In this document: in pieces, positions 24,709-36,646 of the stretch
How the letters are laid out: every line of letters begins with the position of its first letter
Position numbering within the stretch: the first letter of the stretch is position 1
Source: Azolla caroliniana
Taxonomy: Eukaryota > Plantae > Polypodiophyta
Length of the DNA: 64,000 nt
NCBI GenBank assembly: GCA_043228905.1
Contig: JBHGNT010000004.1
Location: 5,456,001 to 5,520,000 of the forward strand
Reading direction: 5' to 3'
Made by a program: the position numbers and the translations under genes
The notes under the pieces: model-generated
Told to the model about the DNA's origin: nothing
Seen by the model: only the letters and a program-made list of their open reading frames with translations
Database searches by the model: none

Positions 24709-26307
24709 GTGTCGTCGGCAAAGGCTCCTCGAAGCGCAATGAAGGCATTCCGGGAGTTCGATCTCCGGTTTTCCCAACTTTCGGTTCGGGATCAAGAATC
24801 AGTGGGGGCGGACAAGGTCCCACTATTCTTGAAGTCGGTCAACGAAAGGGGGAGAATGACCATTTTTCCCTACCTCGAAGACAATGAAGGGGCGTACGGC
24901 CTCACTGAAGATTGGAACGAGGTGGAATGGGTGTGCATACAATGCGATGAGAAGTGGTCGGCCACAACGCGGCCCGCGAGCGGCGGAGAAGAGAGAGCGG
25001 CGACCGACTACGCACTACCGCCGGAAGAGAGCTCCACGCAAATCGGTTCGGAGGAGCTCGACATCGAAGCCTTGGTGCGGGAAGCGTACGAGTTCGTAGA
25101 GGCACAAATCGAAGCCGAAGAAGGGCTTATTGCGGAGTTGGGCCCGAGCGGATCGGAGGATGAGGAGGCCGAAAGAGAATGGTACATCGGTACCATGGGA
25201 GAGGGTGCGGAGCGAGCCACCCTCTCGACATGCAGAGAAAGATCGACCGAGGACGAGGTCGGGGACGGTGAGGCGGCGATCGCCGATTCGAGCGGACATG
25301 AGGGAGTTCGGGAACGGAGGCCCGAAACATCGAGCGGGGAGAAGACGGGCGGTGGTGCCGCGATCTTACGCACACCGGGCCTAGAGACTCCGGCAACCGG
25401 CCCAAGAGCCAGTGTGAGACCTAGAGTGACGGGCGGTGGCGGCGGCAAGGCGGGCGACCACGATGGTGACATGGGAGAGGGTGCGGAAAGAGCGACCCTC
25501 TCATCTTGCGGCGAATGGACGGCCATGGAGGCCGGTAACTACGGATTCGGGACATGGCGGCCCGAAACATTGAGGGAGGAGGAGACAAGCGGCGGTGCCG
25601 CGACCTTACACACACCGGTCCTAGAGAATCCGGCATCCAGCCCGAGAGCCGGTGTGAGACCTAGAGTGACGGACGATGGCAACGGCAAGGCGGGCAACCG
25701 AGACAATGGTAAGGAGACCGTGGAAGAGGAGGCGACAAGCATAATTGATGCTTGCATATACGGAGGCGGGGTAGCCATGGACGACGATGTCCGAATGGAG
25801 GTGGCTACGGGCATAGCATCGACGAGCGGCGGCGTTGCTACCTTACACGCACCAGTTCAAGAGACCCCGGCGGCCGGCCCGAGTGCCCGCGTGAGACCTA
25901 GGGTAATGAACGGTGGCGGCGGCAAGGCGGGCGACCACGGCGACGATGTGGGAGAGGGTGCGGAGCGAGTGACCCTCTCGACTTGTGGAAAGAGGACGGC
26001 CATGGATGAGGCCGATATCTACGGAGCAATGAACGCCACTTCGAGAGTGGGCGAAAGTTTCGGGACGCGGTTGCCCGAAACGTTCTACGAGGATTTCGCG
26101 AGCATACTCGAGGCTTGCGAAATTTCGGGACGCGGTTGCCCGAAACGTTCTACGAGGATTTCGCGACTTCGAGAGTGGGCGAAAGTTTCGGGACGCGGTT
26201 GCCCGAAACGTTCTACGAGGATTTCGCGAGCATACTCGAGGCTTGCGAAATTGAGGAAGAAGAGGAGACGAGCGGCGGTGCCGCGACCTTCCACACACCG
26301 GACCTAG
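24709..26307 (+). pseudogene. Partial Gag capsid-like region fused to a low-complexity repeat extension (C1)
   Basis: DKVPLFLKSV..GLTEDWNEV matches the Gag of copy C3. It is followed by repeats of GGAATLHTPVLETPATGPRAGVRPR and MGEGAERATLSTC. Confidence 0.6.
26040..26252. repeat. Recent tandem duplication/triplication within C1
   Basis: TTTCGGGACGCGGTTGCCCGAAACGTTCTACGAGGATTTCGCGA occurs three times, identically. Confidence 0.9.
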
Positions 26308-29300
26308 AGACTCCGGCAACCGGCCCGAGAGCCGGTGTGAGACCTAGAGAGACGGACGGTAGCGGCGGCAAGGCGGGCAACCAAAATGACGAAGAGGAGG
26401 GTTGTAGCGGATGGAGGCGAGATCCCTCGACACCGGGGCCGGAGACTTCGGCGGTTGCGCCCGAGCGCGAACATAAGACCGGAGAGATGGGCGGTGGCCG
26501 TGAGGATGAGAGGCCCGGAGTGGGCACGTGCGAAAAGACCGAAGGAGAGGTCCGGAGCGACATCAAGGAGCGAGTCGGGAACCGACCCGACCGAAAGATG
26601 AGCCAGTCGGTAATCCGACCCGACCGGGAGGCAAAGAGGAAGAAGAGTGAAGCGGGGTCTGGTCAACCGGGCCCAAACCGAAGAAGAACCGGCAAGGCCG
26701 GATTTGCGCGGGCAAACATGTACCGGCCGATTATGATTACGGAAGGGAGCTGACCAAACCGGAACTCGATCGGCCGAGACCGATCCGGGCGAAGGCTAAG
26801 TCGGCATGATTGGAGATCGGGGAGGACGGGTCACAACACGCGACGAGAGCCGGTGAACGTATTGAGGAGGCCTGGTGGGCACGGTGATCGCGGCTTGCTA
26901 GAAGACCGAGAGCGAGAGGGACCTTCCACACCCATTCTAGAGACTTCGGCGGTTGCGGATCAACGTGAGACCGGAGAGACGGCGGGTGGCGGCGAGGAGT
27001 TGGAGGCCGAAGCGGACAAAGTTATCGGAGTGGGTATCCGGTATGAGATGATGGACGAGCGGGTCCAAGATGGCGAGCCTGGGTCGGAACGGGCTACGGT
27101 GACAAAGGATGAAGTGGCCGACGCGGAGGTCGGGTCTACGGCGGATGAAGGGCGTAACACGAAGCATGCACTACGGTCGGTGAAGGGCCCAAGAACGAGC
27201 ATGCATTCGAGAGAGCGTCAACGAGTGACCGGAAACGGTGGACCGATTGAGCCTTTGAGAGGCGAGGACTCAGTGGTGGACCGAGAGTGGGAGGAACCCT
27301 CCACACCTACCCGTGAGGCATCAACGGTCGCGGATCGAAAGGAGAACGAGGAAACGGTGCGTGGCGGCGAGGAGTTGGAGACCGACGTGGAGGTTGGGTC
27401 TACAGCGGAAGCGCGACATGAGACGCATGCAATATGGCCGGTGGAGGGCCGAGACACAAGCATTCATACGGCGGATGGGCAACAACGATTGACCGACGAT
27501 GACGGTCGGGTCAAGCCTTCGAGAGGCAAGCGCAGGACGAAGGACGGCGCGGCAAAACACCAAGACCGACGACATGGGCCGAGCGCAATCGGCATGAGCG
27601 GAGAGTCGTGTCTTGAGAACCGAAGAAGGTGCGCGGAGAGCAACGGGCTACACGCCGGGAAGAGGAAGCACGGCTTCCCGGAGGGCATGCAAGGCCAAGT
27701 GGGCCAAGAGGGCGCAAGTCGAGGCGAAGCGGTAATGAAAGCCTCAAGGGACACCGATACGGAGGTCGGGATGACAGTACGCTCTACCACAAGAGAGCAT
27801 GGCGAACAACGGGGAAAGCCTACGGAAGGCAAGCGCGGAGCGGAGAGAATCGGCACGCCGAGGTGTGCAGCACGCAAAGGGCGGAATCCGGCATGCGACC
27901 GGGAGTGCATCCGGAGGATATACGAGGCGGACAAAGGAAGAGCAACCGGGTCGGCGACAACGCTCGGGAGGACCGAACGGGGAGGAAAGTACGGGCATCT
28001 GATACGGCGGGTCGGATGTAGTCGGTGGTTCAAGGACCCACGGTGGACGTGGCGGATTGGGTGGAGGAAACGACTCGGCGAACATTGTCGAGTGTGGCGG
28101 ATCGGATGGCGCCGACGGTTCGAGACCATTCGGCGAGGATGGTGGACCAGAAGGCGACGGTGGTTCGTGTGGACGGGGTGGTCTTGCTCGAAGTGGAGGA
28201 CAAAACCGGGCGGGCCCACGAGGGCGCTAAGGACTCGGCTGGTCGTCGTGGCCGAAAATCTCGTGTTCTCTCCCCTATGTTTTGGCACATACCGGTGGAT
28301 GTGCGGTTAGGTGGGGGCGGATGTCGTGAAGATTTTCGTCCACGAGCAGAAACCCGAGCAACGAGAGCCAAAGAGCGATGTGCAACGTTGCACACGTACA
28401 TAATGTATTTGTAATAATAATAGGGGAAAAGGGTAAGGTATAAAGGCGATGCGGTCTTGTGCGCACATCCATGCGAGAGAGAGAGAGAGAGGTCCTATGC
28501 GGTACATAGGTACCTAGTTGTTTGTGAGGAGGTGGGAGTTAAGGGGCCATCAATCTCACCCTCCCCCAAATCAAGGCAAATATCCCCTTTGAATGAAAGG
28601 GGATATTTTAGTCTCGTTTTTGTAAACGGTCTTCCCCTCCTTGTGCTATAAAAGGAGAGGGAAGGCACCATTGTGAGGGTTGCCTATTTTGAGTGTGCGA
28701 GGTATACCACATAGGTCGAGCGTTAGGGTTAGGGTTTCGAGTAGTCGTTTGGTGCGGCCTATGCGGCCACCATTTTGTAATCGTTCATTTCGTTTTAATA
28801 CATCTGGTTGTTCATCTTGTCTCCATCTTCCTCTTGTTCATTCTTCTTCTTCTTGAGCAAAGCTTCCATTCCGTGTCCGATTCCTTCTCCTCTACTCCTT
28901 AGTCCAAGACCCCCGTGGTCCCGCCCTTCTCCACGCATGCGCATAGCAACACGACAACGTCAACTCCGAAGCAAATCAACAGTACTACATGACATTATTA
29001 GAGCAGAGTTTAGTCTACCCCTGATGTTAGTAGAAGCACTCTTTCAAATGGTAGTTTTTATTCATCGGATACATAGCCAACCACAAGATAGGATATCCCG
29101 TCGAGCCTTTGAGGCATCCCGATCCCTACATGCATATGGAGACACTAGCTCTTGGTATAGCATTGTGGTGAGTTGGTTACTTGCAAATAGTGTAGACATT
29201 AATAACCTACCTCCCCTTAAGTACAACCATGGGACTGATCAAACTCTAATCTCTCATGAAGACCGTAATAAAGTGATATGCTAAGAAATATGGCAAATTT

Positions 29301-30215
29301 ACACTCGATATAAATGGATCACCCCACAAGAGCCACTCCCATCTAAAATGTTGTACTATAAGGAACATTTCTTGCACTTCTCTAAGTTAGGTTTTATTAC
29401 ACGACCAACATATCTAGATACATTCTTATCAAATGCACTAAGGGTGGCCATTGGACAACTTAGGATATCATCTCACCAACTTGAGATTGAGAATGGTCAA
29501 GCTAATAGAGTCCCTAGAGAGGAAAGGCTATGCAGGTTATGCCACATAGAGGTAGAGGATGAGTATCACTTCACATGCAAGTGCCCAACTTATGCCGAGA
29601 TACGGGCGAAATACCAAGAAATATTAGGACCCTCTCCCACCCTCTCCAAACTATTAGATACCCTGAGTGTAAAAAGACTAGGTAGGTATATCTTAGAGCT
29701 AAAAAAACATAGGGAGAATAAATTACAAAGTGTTAATCATAACCCTTTTACTATTCATCAACATGTAACTAGTGTAATTTTTCAGGAACAAGGGGAGACG
29801 ATGAATGTGGATACACTTACGCCGCTCGGCCTCTCCCTTGAGGAAGCAGAAATACAAACAACAACCAAACGCCCTCGGATGTTGGACTTCAAAACAAGTC
29901 GATGTGGAGCAGAAAATATTAAGAAGATAAGGGAACATGAGCTACGTCGACTAGAAGCTATGGTTGGGGTACCTTTTACATTGGGACCACGGGCCACATC
30001 CACATCGCAGCCCTTTAACCTCCCACTTCTCTTCGAGAGACTTGGATGGAAATGAAATTAGGCCTAGTATAACATCTTTTCATTGTAGAACATGTTTTTT
30101 TTAGAACTATTTTTTATCTTATTTTGATTTTTTACTTTCGATGAATGGGTTAATATCCCATTTTTTGTAAACCATTTGTCTCATGGGCCAAATTTGGCCT
30201 TAGAAGACATTAATA

Positions 30216-30248
<33 letters not shown>

Positions 30249-30391
30249 CTCTCTCTCTCATTCACTCTCTCCTTCTCTCGAGAGTTCTACACCTCCCTTA
30301 GTACTAATCCTCATCTTTTAGTACTAATTCCTTCTCTGTTTTAGCACTGTTCCTGACAATACTTCTCTGTCTTAGTATTGCTCTTGACAGT

Positions 30392-30403
30392 TTGAACCGA
30401 TTT
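30392..30403 (+). promoter_or_regulatory. Self-priming (Tf1-type) primer-binding site
   Basis: Lies 2 nt after the LTR end (30389). It is not a TGG tRNA PBS and is complementary to the LTR R-region start. Confidence 0.75.
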
Positions 30404-30485
30404 CTCTCTCCTTCCTTCTCTTCCTTTATCTTCTTACTTCTCCCTCTCTTCATACTAATCTCTTATTCCTCTTTTCTCTCATATT

Positions 30486-31628
30486 ATGGCCACTGTTAGC
30501 GCTCAAGAATATCAATCCGTTTTCTCAGAGCTGCAATGCTTGAAAGAGAAATTCCTTGCTTTGGAACAAGAAAATCAACGGTTGTTTGGGGATCTTCAAC
30601 AAATCTCCTTAGAAAAACAATAGACACAACAACAACATGGGGAACTAGTGGTACGCGTGCAACAACTCGAAGCAACCTTAGTAGCGATGCAACAACAAGG
30701 ACCCAATACGCAAGGGATTCATAAAGAACCCAAGATCAGCCTTCCCATGAAATTCAATGGAACACGATCGCAGTTTAGAGGATTCCTTAATCAGGTACGA
30801 TTATTCATTCAAATGCATCCTTCTCGATATCCCACCGATGCATCACGAGTGGGACTAGTAGGCACCCTACTTAGTGGCTCAACGTTGGCATGGTTCGCTC
30901 CATTGTTAGAAAAGGAATCTCCATTACTAAACAATTTTGAAGAATTTATAAGTGAGTTTAAAGCCTGTTTTGGAGATATTGACAGCATAAGAACTGTAAT
31001 CAACAAAATCCGGCGATTATGCCAAGGTGATCGTCCAGCTTCCGTATACGCTGTAGATTTCCGCATACTCGCCGCCAATATCCCTTGGGATGATCAAGCA
31101 TTGATGGAGCAATTTCCTTATGGTTTACGCAACGATGTCAAGGATTTACTCTTGACCTTCCTTGAAGAACCAAAGTCATTAACAGAAGCAATCAGTCGCG
31201 CAGTGAGATGCGACAACCGTCTTTTCGAACGATGTTCGGAACGGCAATTCCAGAGGCCAAGGGCAAGATCGTGGTCCACCTACACCTCAGTGGTAGCGAA
31301 ACCTTTTCCGAGGGAGTCATATAATGCATCTCCAACAAATACTCCGACTCCAATGGAAATCGACATCACACGTCGTCGCGGACCACTATCGGAAGAAGAA
31401 AAGCAGCAACGCAGGGCAAATCGACTATGTCTGTATTGCGGGGGACCGGGGCATATTGCAGTGAACTGTCCCCATCGGCCAAAAAGGCAAGTAAATGAAA
31501 TAACCACTAATACTAATAGTACTAAAACCGAGTCTATTTCTCTAGGTGTGTCCGATAGTCCTAATAGCCCGATCCTTTCAAACAAATTTGAAATCCTTAG
31601 TCAACTAGAAGAAGAGTTAAACGATTAA
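30486..31628 (+). pseudogene. Gag of the Tcn1-like element (in-frame stops near the N-terminus)
   Basis: EPKISLPMKFNGTRSQFRGFLNQ, PTPMEID and a CLYCGGPGHIAVNC zinc knuckle. Confidence 0.88.
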
Positions 31629-34250
31629 GTCTAGCCAAAATAGGAGTTGTTTGGTTGGACAACCTAAATCTGTGCAGCCCATTAGTGGTTCCATTTCTTC
31701 TAAGCAAGTTAGCAATGTGTTCTTAGCTCAAGTAATGGTTAGTACTAAAAGTACTCCTCCAGTACATGTCTTAGCACTCTTAGATTCCGGAGCCAACTCT
31801 TGCTTCATGGATAAGAATTTTGCCCAAGCTCATCAGATATCCCTAAGAAAACTCTCGTGTCCAGCCTCTGTAGTAGTCATTGTTGGTCGTCCCATCGCTT
31901 CCGGAAATATCATAGAAGAGTTAGAGCCCGTTAATATTGTCCTAGATAACTTAGCGTGTGTAATATCATTTAATATAATTAGTATCCCAGAACATCCCAT
32001 TGTTTTGGGATTACCATGGTTCGAATTACATAACCCAGACATAGATTAGAGAACAAGAGAAATACGGGGTCGACAAACCCGACGATCTACTCATAAGATT
32101 ACAACCATTTCGCTACATCAGTTGTGTGAGGAAGGACGCAAGGAAGAAATGTTTCTCTTTGCAATATCAGTAAAACCCTCCAGCACCACTAAAGAGGAGT
32201 CCACCATTCAACTTCTAGAGAAGTATCGTCATTATGCCGATGTGTTCGATAAAGTATGAGCTAATACGCTTCCTCACAATCGACCGTATGATTGCCCCAT
32301 CGATTTACAACCGGGAAAAGAGCCACCATGGGGACCAATCTACAATTTGTCACCAACCGAGCTAGAAGTCCTTCGAGCCTATATAGAGGAGAATTTGGAA
32401 AATGGTTTCATTCGACTTTCGAAATCTCCAGCCAGCGCACCCATTTTCTTCGTCAAGAAAAAGGATGGATCACTTTGTCTCATCGTAGATTACCGTGGGT
32501 TGAATAAAATCACCATCAGGAATAGGTATGCACTCCCCCTTATCTCAATCTTTTAGAACAGATCAATGGTGCAAGGTTAGTCACAAAGATCGACTTACGA
32601 GGAGCATATAACCTCGTACGGATCCGACCAGGAGATGAATGGAAGACTGCGTTTCGCACTAGATATGGTCACTTCGAGTATACGGTCATGCCATTCGGCC
32701 TCACTAATGCGGCAACAGTCTTCCAACACATGACAAGTGATATATTCCGAGATCTCTTGGACAATTTTTTGATCATCTATTTGGATGACCTACTGGTTTA
32801 TTCGAAGACCCAAGAAGAGCATGATTCTCATGTACTATTAGTACTAAAACGACTTCGAGAACATGGTCTTTATGCAAAACTAGAAAAATGTAGTTTCGGG
32901 TGCAACCAGGTAGAATTTTTGGGCTATGTCATTTCCTCGGAAGGCATCTCCATAGATCCAGCTAAGGTCAAAATGGTGGTAGAGTGGCAGACTCTGCGTT
33001 CGTTGTGAGATGTGCAATGTTTTTTAGGCTTTGCCAATTCCTACCGCAAGTTCATACAGGATTACTCAAAGCTTGTTCTACCTCTCACACAACTTACCAG
33101 GAAGGGAAAATCATTCGTTTGGTCTGAAGAAGCGGACTTTGCTTTTGAGAGTCTTAAGAAGGCATTTACATCAGCTCCTATTTTAGCGCATGTTGATCCA
33201 GAAAAACCATTCATCATTGAAGCAGACGCGTCAAATTTCGCCTTGGGTATCATTCTGTCTCAACAAGGCGATGATGAAAAGCTACATCCTATGGCTTTCC
33301 ATTCACTCAAGTTTGACGCCGTGGAAATCAACTATGAAATTCATGATAATGAGCTATTAGCAATAGTGGACTCTTTTACTCAATGGAGGCATTTTCTAGA
33401 GGGGTCTTCTCATCAAGTCATCGTATTCAGTGATCACAAAAACCTTGCCTACTTTCAGAATGCTCGTGTGTTAAATCGACGTCAAGCTCGGTGGGCCCAA
33501 TTCCTCACTCGTTTCGACTTCAAAATTACATATCGTCCGGAGAAGCAACAAGGGAAGGCAGATGCATTATCACGACATTCGTATGTAGCACCGCATCCCG
33601 GCGAGCTGGCTTTCGATAACCAAAAGCAAGTAATCTTGGGTCCGACATGACTGCAAGCAGCACAGGTCTTCGGTATGCCCTTGGATTCCCACGTTATCGA
33701 TACCATACGTGAGGACTTGAAGACAGATGTTTTCGCTCAAGCCATTCTAACACAAATTGATCCCTCTCGAGCATCTTGTTCATAGTCGCAACAACCAGGT
33801 ACGGACTATCGACAATTCGAATGTCATGATGGATTACTATTCCTTAAAAAACTCTTGTATGTTCCTAATGGTACTTGTTACCTTCAAGTAGTCCAAAACT
33901 GTGATGACACATATACAACTGGGCATTTTGGTAGTACTAAAACACTAGATTTAGTACAACGATCATTCTGGTGGCCCCATATGCGACAAGTTGCCGAAGA
34001 TTTTGTTCAGACTTGTGATACATGTTGCAGAGCAAAAATTCCAAGGCATCATCCATATGGTTTATTAGAACCATTACCAATTCCAAGCAAGCCATGGCAA
34101 TCCATTGCCCTAGATTTCATCACAGATCTTCCAGTCTCTAAGGGATTCGATGCAATCTTAACAGTAGTAGATCGATATACGAAGATGGCCCATTTCCTAC
34201 TACTGTTAAGGAAATCTCCAGTGAAGAAACCGCCGAAATTGTCATGCGTG
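31629..34250 (+). pseudogene. Pol of the Tcn1-like element (PR, RT, RNase H, N-terminal integrase), disrupted
   Basis: [56 protein letters not shown] and IALDFITDLP. Confidence 0.92.
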
Positions 34251-35989
34251 AAGAAAGAAAGAAAGAAATATATATTAACATCTTCTAAGGCCAAAATTGG
34301 CCCATGAGACAGTTGGTTTACAACAAAAACGAGTGTTTATCCAATCATCAAAACTAAAATAAAAGAAAATAGCTTCAGCTAAAAGAGTTCTAGTAGTGTA
34401 CAAAACTTTGAACTAAGCCTAATTTCATTTCCACCCAAGTCTCTAAAAAAGAAGTGGGAGGTCAAAGGTTTTTGGTGTGGGTGTGACCCATGGTCCCGGT
34501 GTACAGAGTGCCCCCACCATGGCTTCTAGGCGGTGTAGCTCACGTTCCCTTTTTTTCTTTATTGCTTCGACATCTCGTCGGGTTGCTTTGAAACCTGACA
34601 TCCGAGGGCGTTTGGTTCTTCTTTGATATTTTGCTTCATCAAGGAAAAGCCCGAGTGGTGCAAGTGTGTCGACATTCATTGTCTCCCCATGTTCTTGAAC
34701 AACTTCATTTGTTACATGTTGGTAAACATTAGCAACATTATTATCAATGTTTTGTAACTTATTCTCTCCATGTTGTTTCAATTCTAAGATGTATCTGCCT
34801 AATTTCTTTATATCTAGTGTATCTAAAAGTTTAGGGAGGGTGGGAGAGGAACCAAGTATGTCTTGGTATTTTGCCCTTATCTCGGCATAGGTGGGACATT
34901 TGCATGTAAAATGGTACTCATCCTCTCTCTCTATGTGGCATAACGTCCATTCTCAATCTCAAGTCGGTGAGATGATATTCTAAGTTGACCAATGGCAACC
35001 CTTAGTGCATGTGGTAAGAATACATCTAGATATCTTGGCCGCGCAATAAAACCTAACTTAGAGAAGTGCATGAAGTGTTCCTTATAGTACAACATTTTAG
35101 ATGGGAGTGGCTCTAGTGGGGTGATCCATGTATATCGAGTATAAATTTGCCATATTTCTTGGCGTATTACTTTATTACGGTCTTCATGAGAGATTAAAGT
35201 CTGATCAATCGTGTGGTCGTACTTAAGGGGGGGGAGGTTATTAATATCTAGACCATTCGCAAGAAGCCAACTCACCATCATGCCATACCATGAGCTAGTA
35301 TAGTCGGACTCATACAGTGCTCGAGAAGCCTTAAAGGCTTGATGGGATATTCTATCAAGTGGTTGGTTATGTATCCTATGGATAAAGACTACAAGTTGAA
35401 AAAGTGCTTCTACTAACATCGGGGGTAGAGCGAACTCAGCCCTAATAATGTCATGTGGGACCGACGATTTGCTTCGGAGTTGGCGTGATAACATCATCAC
35501 CAATGGTCTCTCTAATTGCGTCCACATGAAAGATGGTAGTCCTGGAGCCCAAACCGTTGATGCATACATGAGAGAGGGAGTCACTAATGAGTCAAAGAGC
35601 CACCCTTTAGTTTGTGTCTCCTGGAAGTATGCTTGATGGCATTGTCTCTCGAGGATTGAGAGGGATGCATGTCCTCTCGTAAGTCTATCCTTCGTTGCTT
35701 GTGTCATCGAAAATTTACCTGAGCGGGCATTGAAAGTAACTCCGAGATAGACAGATGATCCAACCACCTCAACTGGGCTATGGGAGATAGTTAGGTGACA
35801 CTTAGCTCTAACTTGGGCCGACGTGTGGAAGATAAGGACTTTAGTTTTCCCTAGATTCACTACCAATCCTCGTTGTATGCAAAAGTCATCGAAGGCATTG
35901 TGCCTTTGTAGGTCATGCTCAGATTTAGAGAGCAAAACTATGTCGTCTGCATAAAGCAGGATACGCACTTGCGTATCCCCAAGGACTAC
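34251..35989 (-). mobile_element. RTE-X-like LINE, copy 3, inserted in the integrase
   Basis: Close relative of copy 1 (ORF 34931-35968 LLYADDIVLL...). Has a (CTTT)n tail at 34251-34268 and is 5'-truncated. Confidence 0.92.
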
Positions 35990-36280
35990 CCCATGTGTTT
36001 CATAGTTCTCTCCTCGAACCCTATCAAGACAGCACCTTCCCAGGTCGTATTAAACAACCTCTATTCCTAATCAAGCTTGAAGATGGACCTGAGTACGAGA
36101 TTGCCGCCATCCTCGATTCCAAGATTGTTCGCAACAAGCTCTACTATTTAGTCGATTGGCTAGGATATAGTCCCAACGAGTATACTTGGGAACCAATAGA
36201 GAAAGTGACCAATGGTCGTGCTCTTTTTGAAGACTTCCATCTTCAATATCCAGACAAACCGGGTCCTCAATCCAAAACGA
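35990..36280 (+). pseudogene. Integrase C-terminus and chromodomain of the Tcn1-like element
   Basis: HVFHSSLLEPY ... EYEIAAILDSKIVRNKLYYLVDWLGYSPNEYTWEP. Confidence 0.9.
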
Positions 36281-36585
36281 CGGGGGATAGTGTCATGATA
36301 TGGCAAGACTCGAACCCATGACCTTATGTTACATGGGTCCAGCTCTTGACCATTGGACTATATGTTGTAATACAAAAAATATTGTTTTCATTTAAGTTTT
36401 ACTATAGAAAATTGATGTATATTCTAGATTTTTCTGGAACATTCTAGAAACTTCAGGAGTACTCTTGAGAACACTATAAAAGGAGGCACAAGGCATTATT
36501 TCGAACCAAATTGGTTCAACGCCAATCTTAAGCCTCCTAGCTACTATTGTATATTCCCTTAACATAATATATATATTTTGTTATC

Positions 36586-36642
<57 letters not shown>

Positions 36643-36646
<4 letters not shown>

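Larger units (their letters stand above)
23895..28956 (+). mobile_element. Non-autonomous GC-rich LTR retrotransposon, copy C1
   Basis: Near-identical LTRs at 23895-24550 and 28322-28956 (TGTCGTG...CGACA). 4-bp TSD ACGT, PBS TGGTGAACCCGAC (tRNA-Trp) at 24555, PPT GGTGGGGGCGGA. Has a partial gag and no pol motifs. Confidence 0.93.
22971..30255 (+). mobile_element. RTE-X-like LINE, copy 2 (in the 5' LTR; split by the LTR element 23895-28956)
   Basis: QVGFR..DH, CFVDFRKAFD, GVKQGCPLSPTL and YADD motifs. Resumes after the TSD at 28961 and ends LFERLGWK (30055) plus a (CTTT)n/(CT)n tail. Confidence 0.9.

Noticed and set aside
24880-28420. Many long overlapping ORFs on both strands (also 51500-54700 and 58000-61900)
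   Set aside because: Expected in GC-rich, stop-poor sequence. Frames are not preserved between C1, C2 and C3, and no domain motifs are visible beyond Gag.
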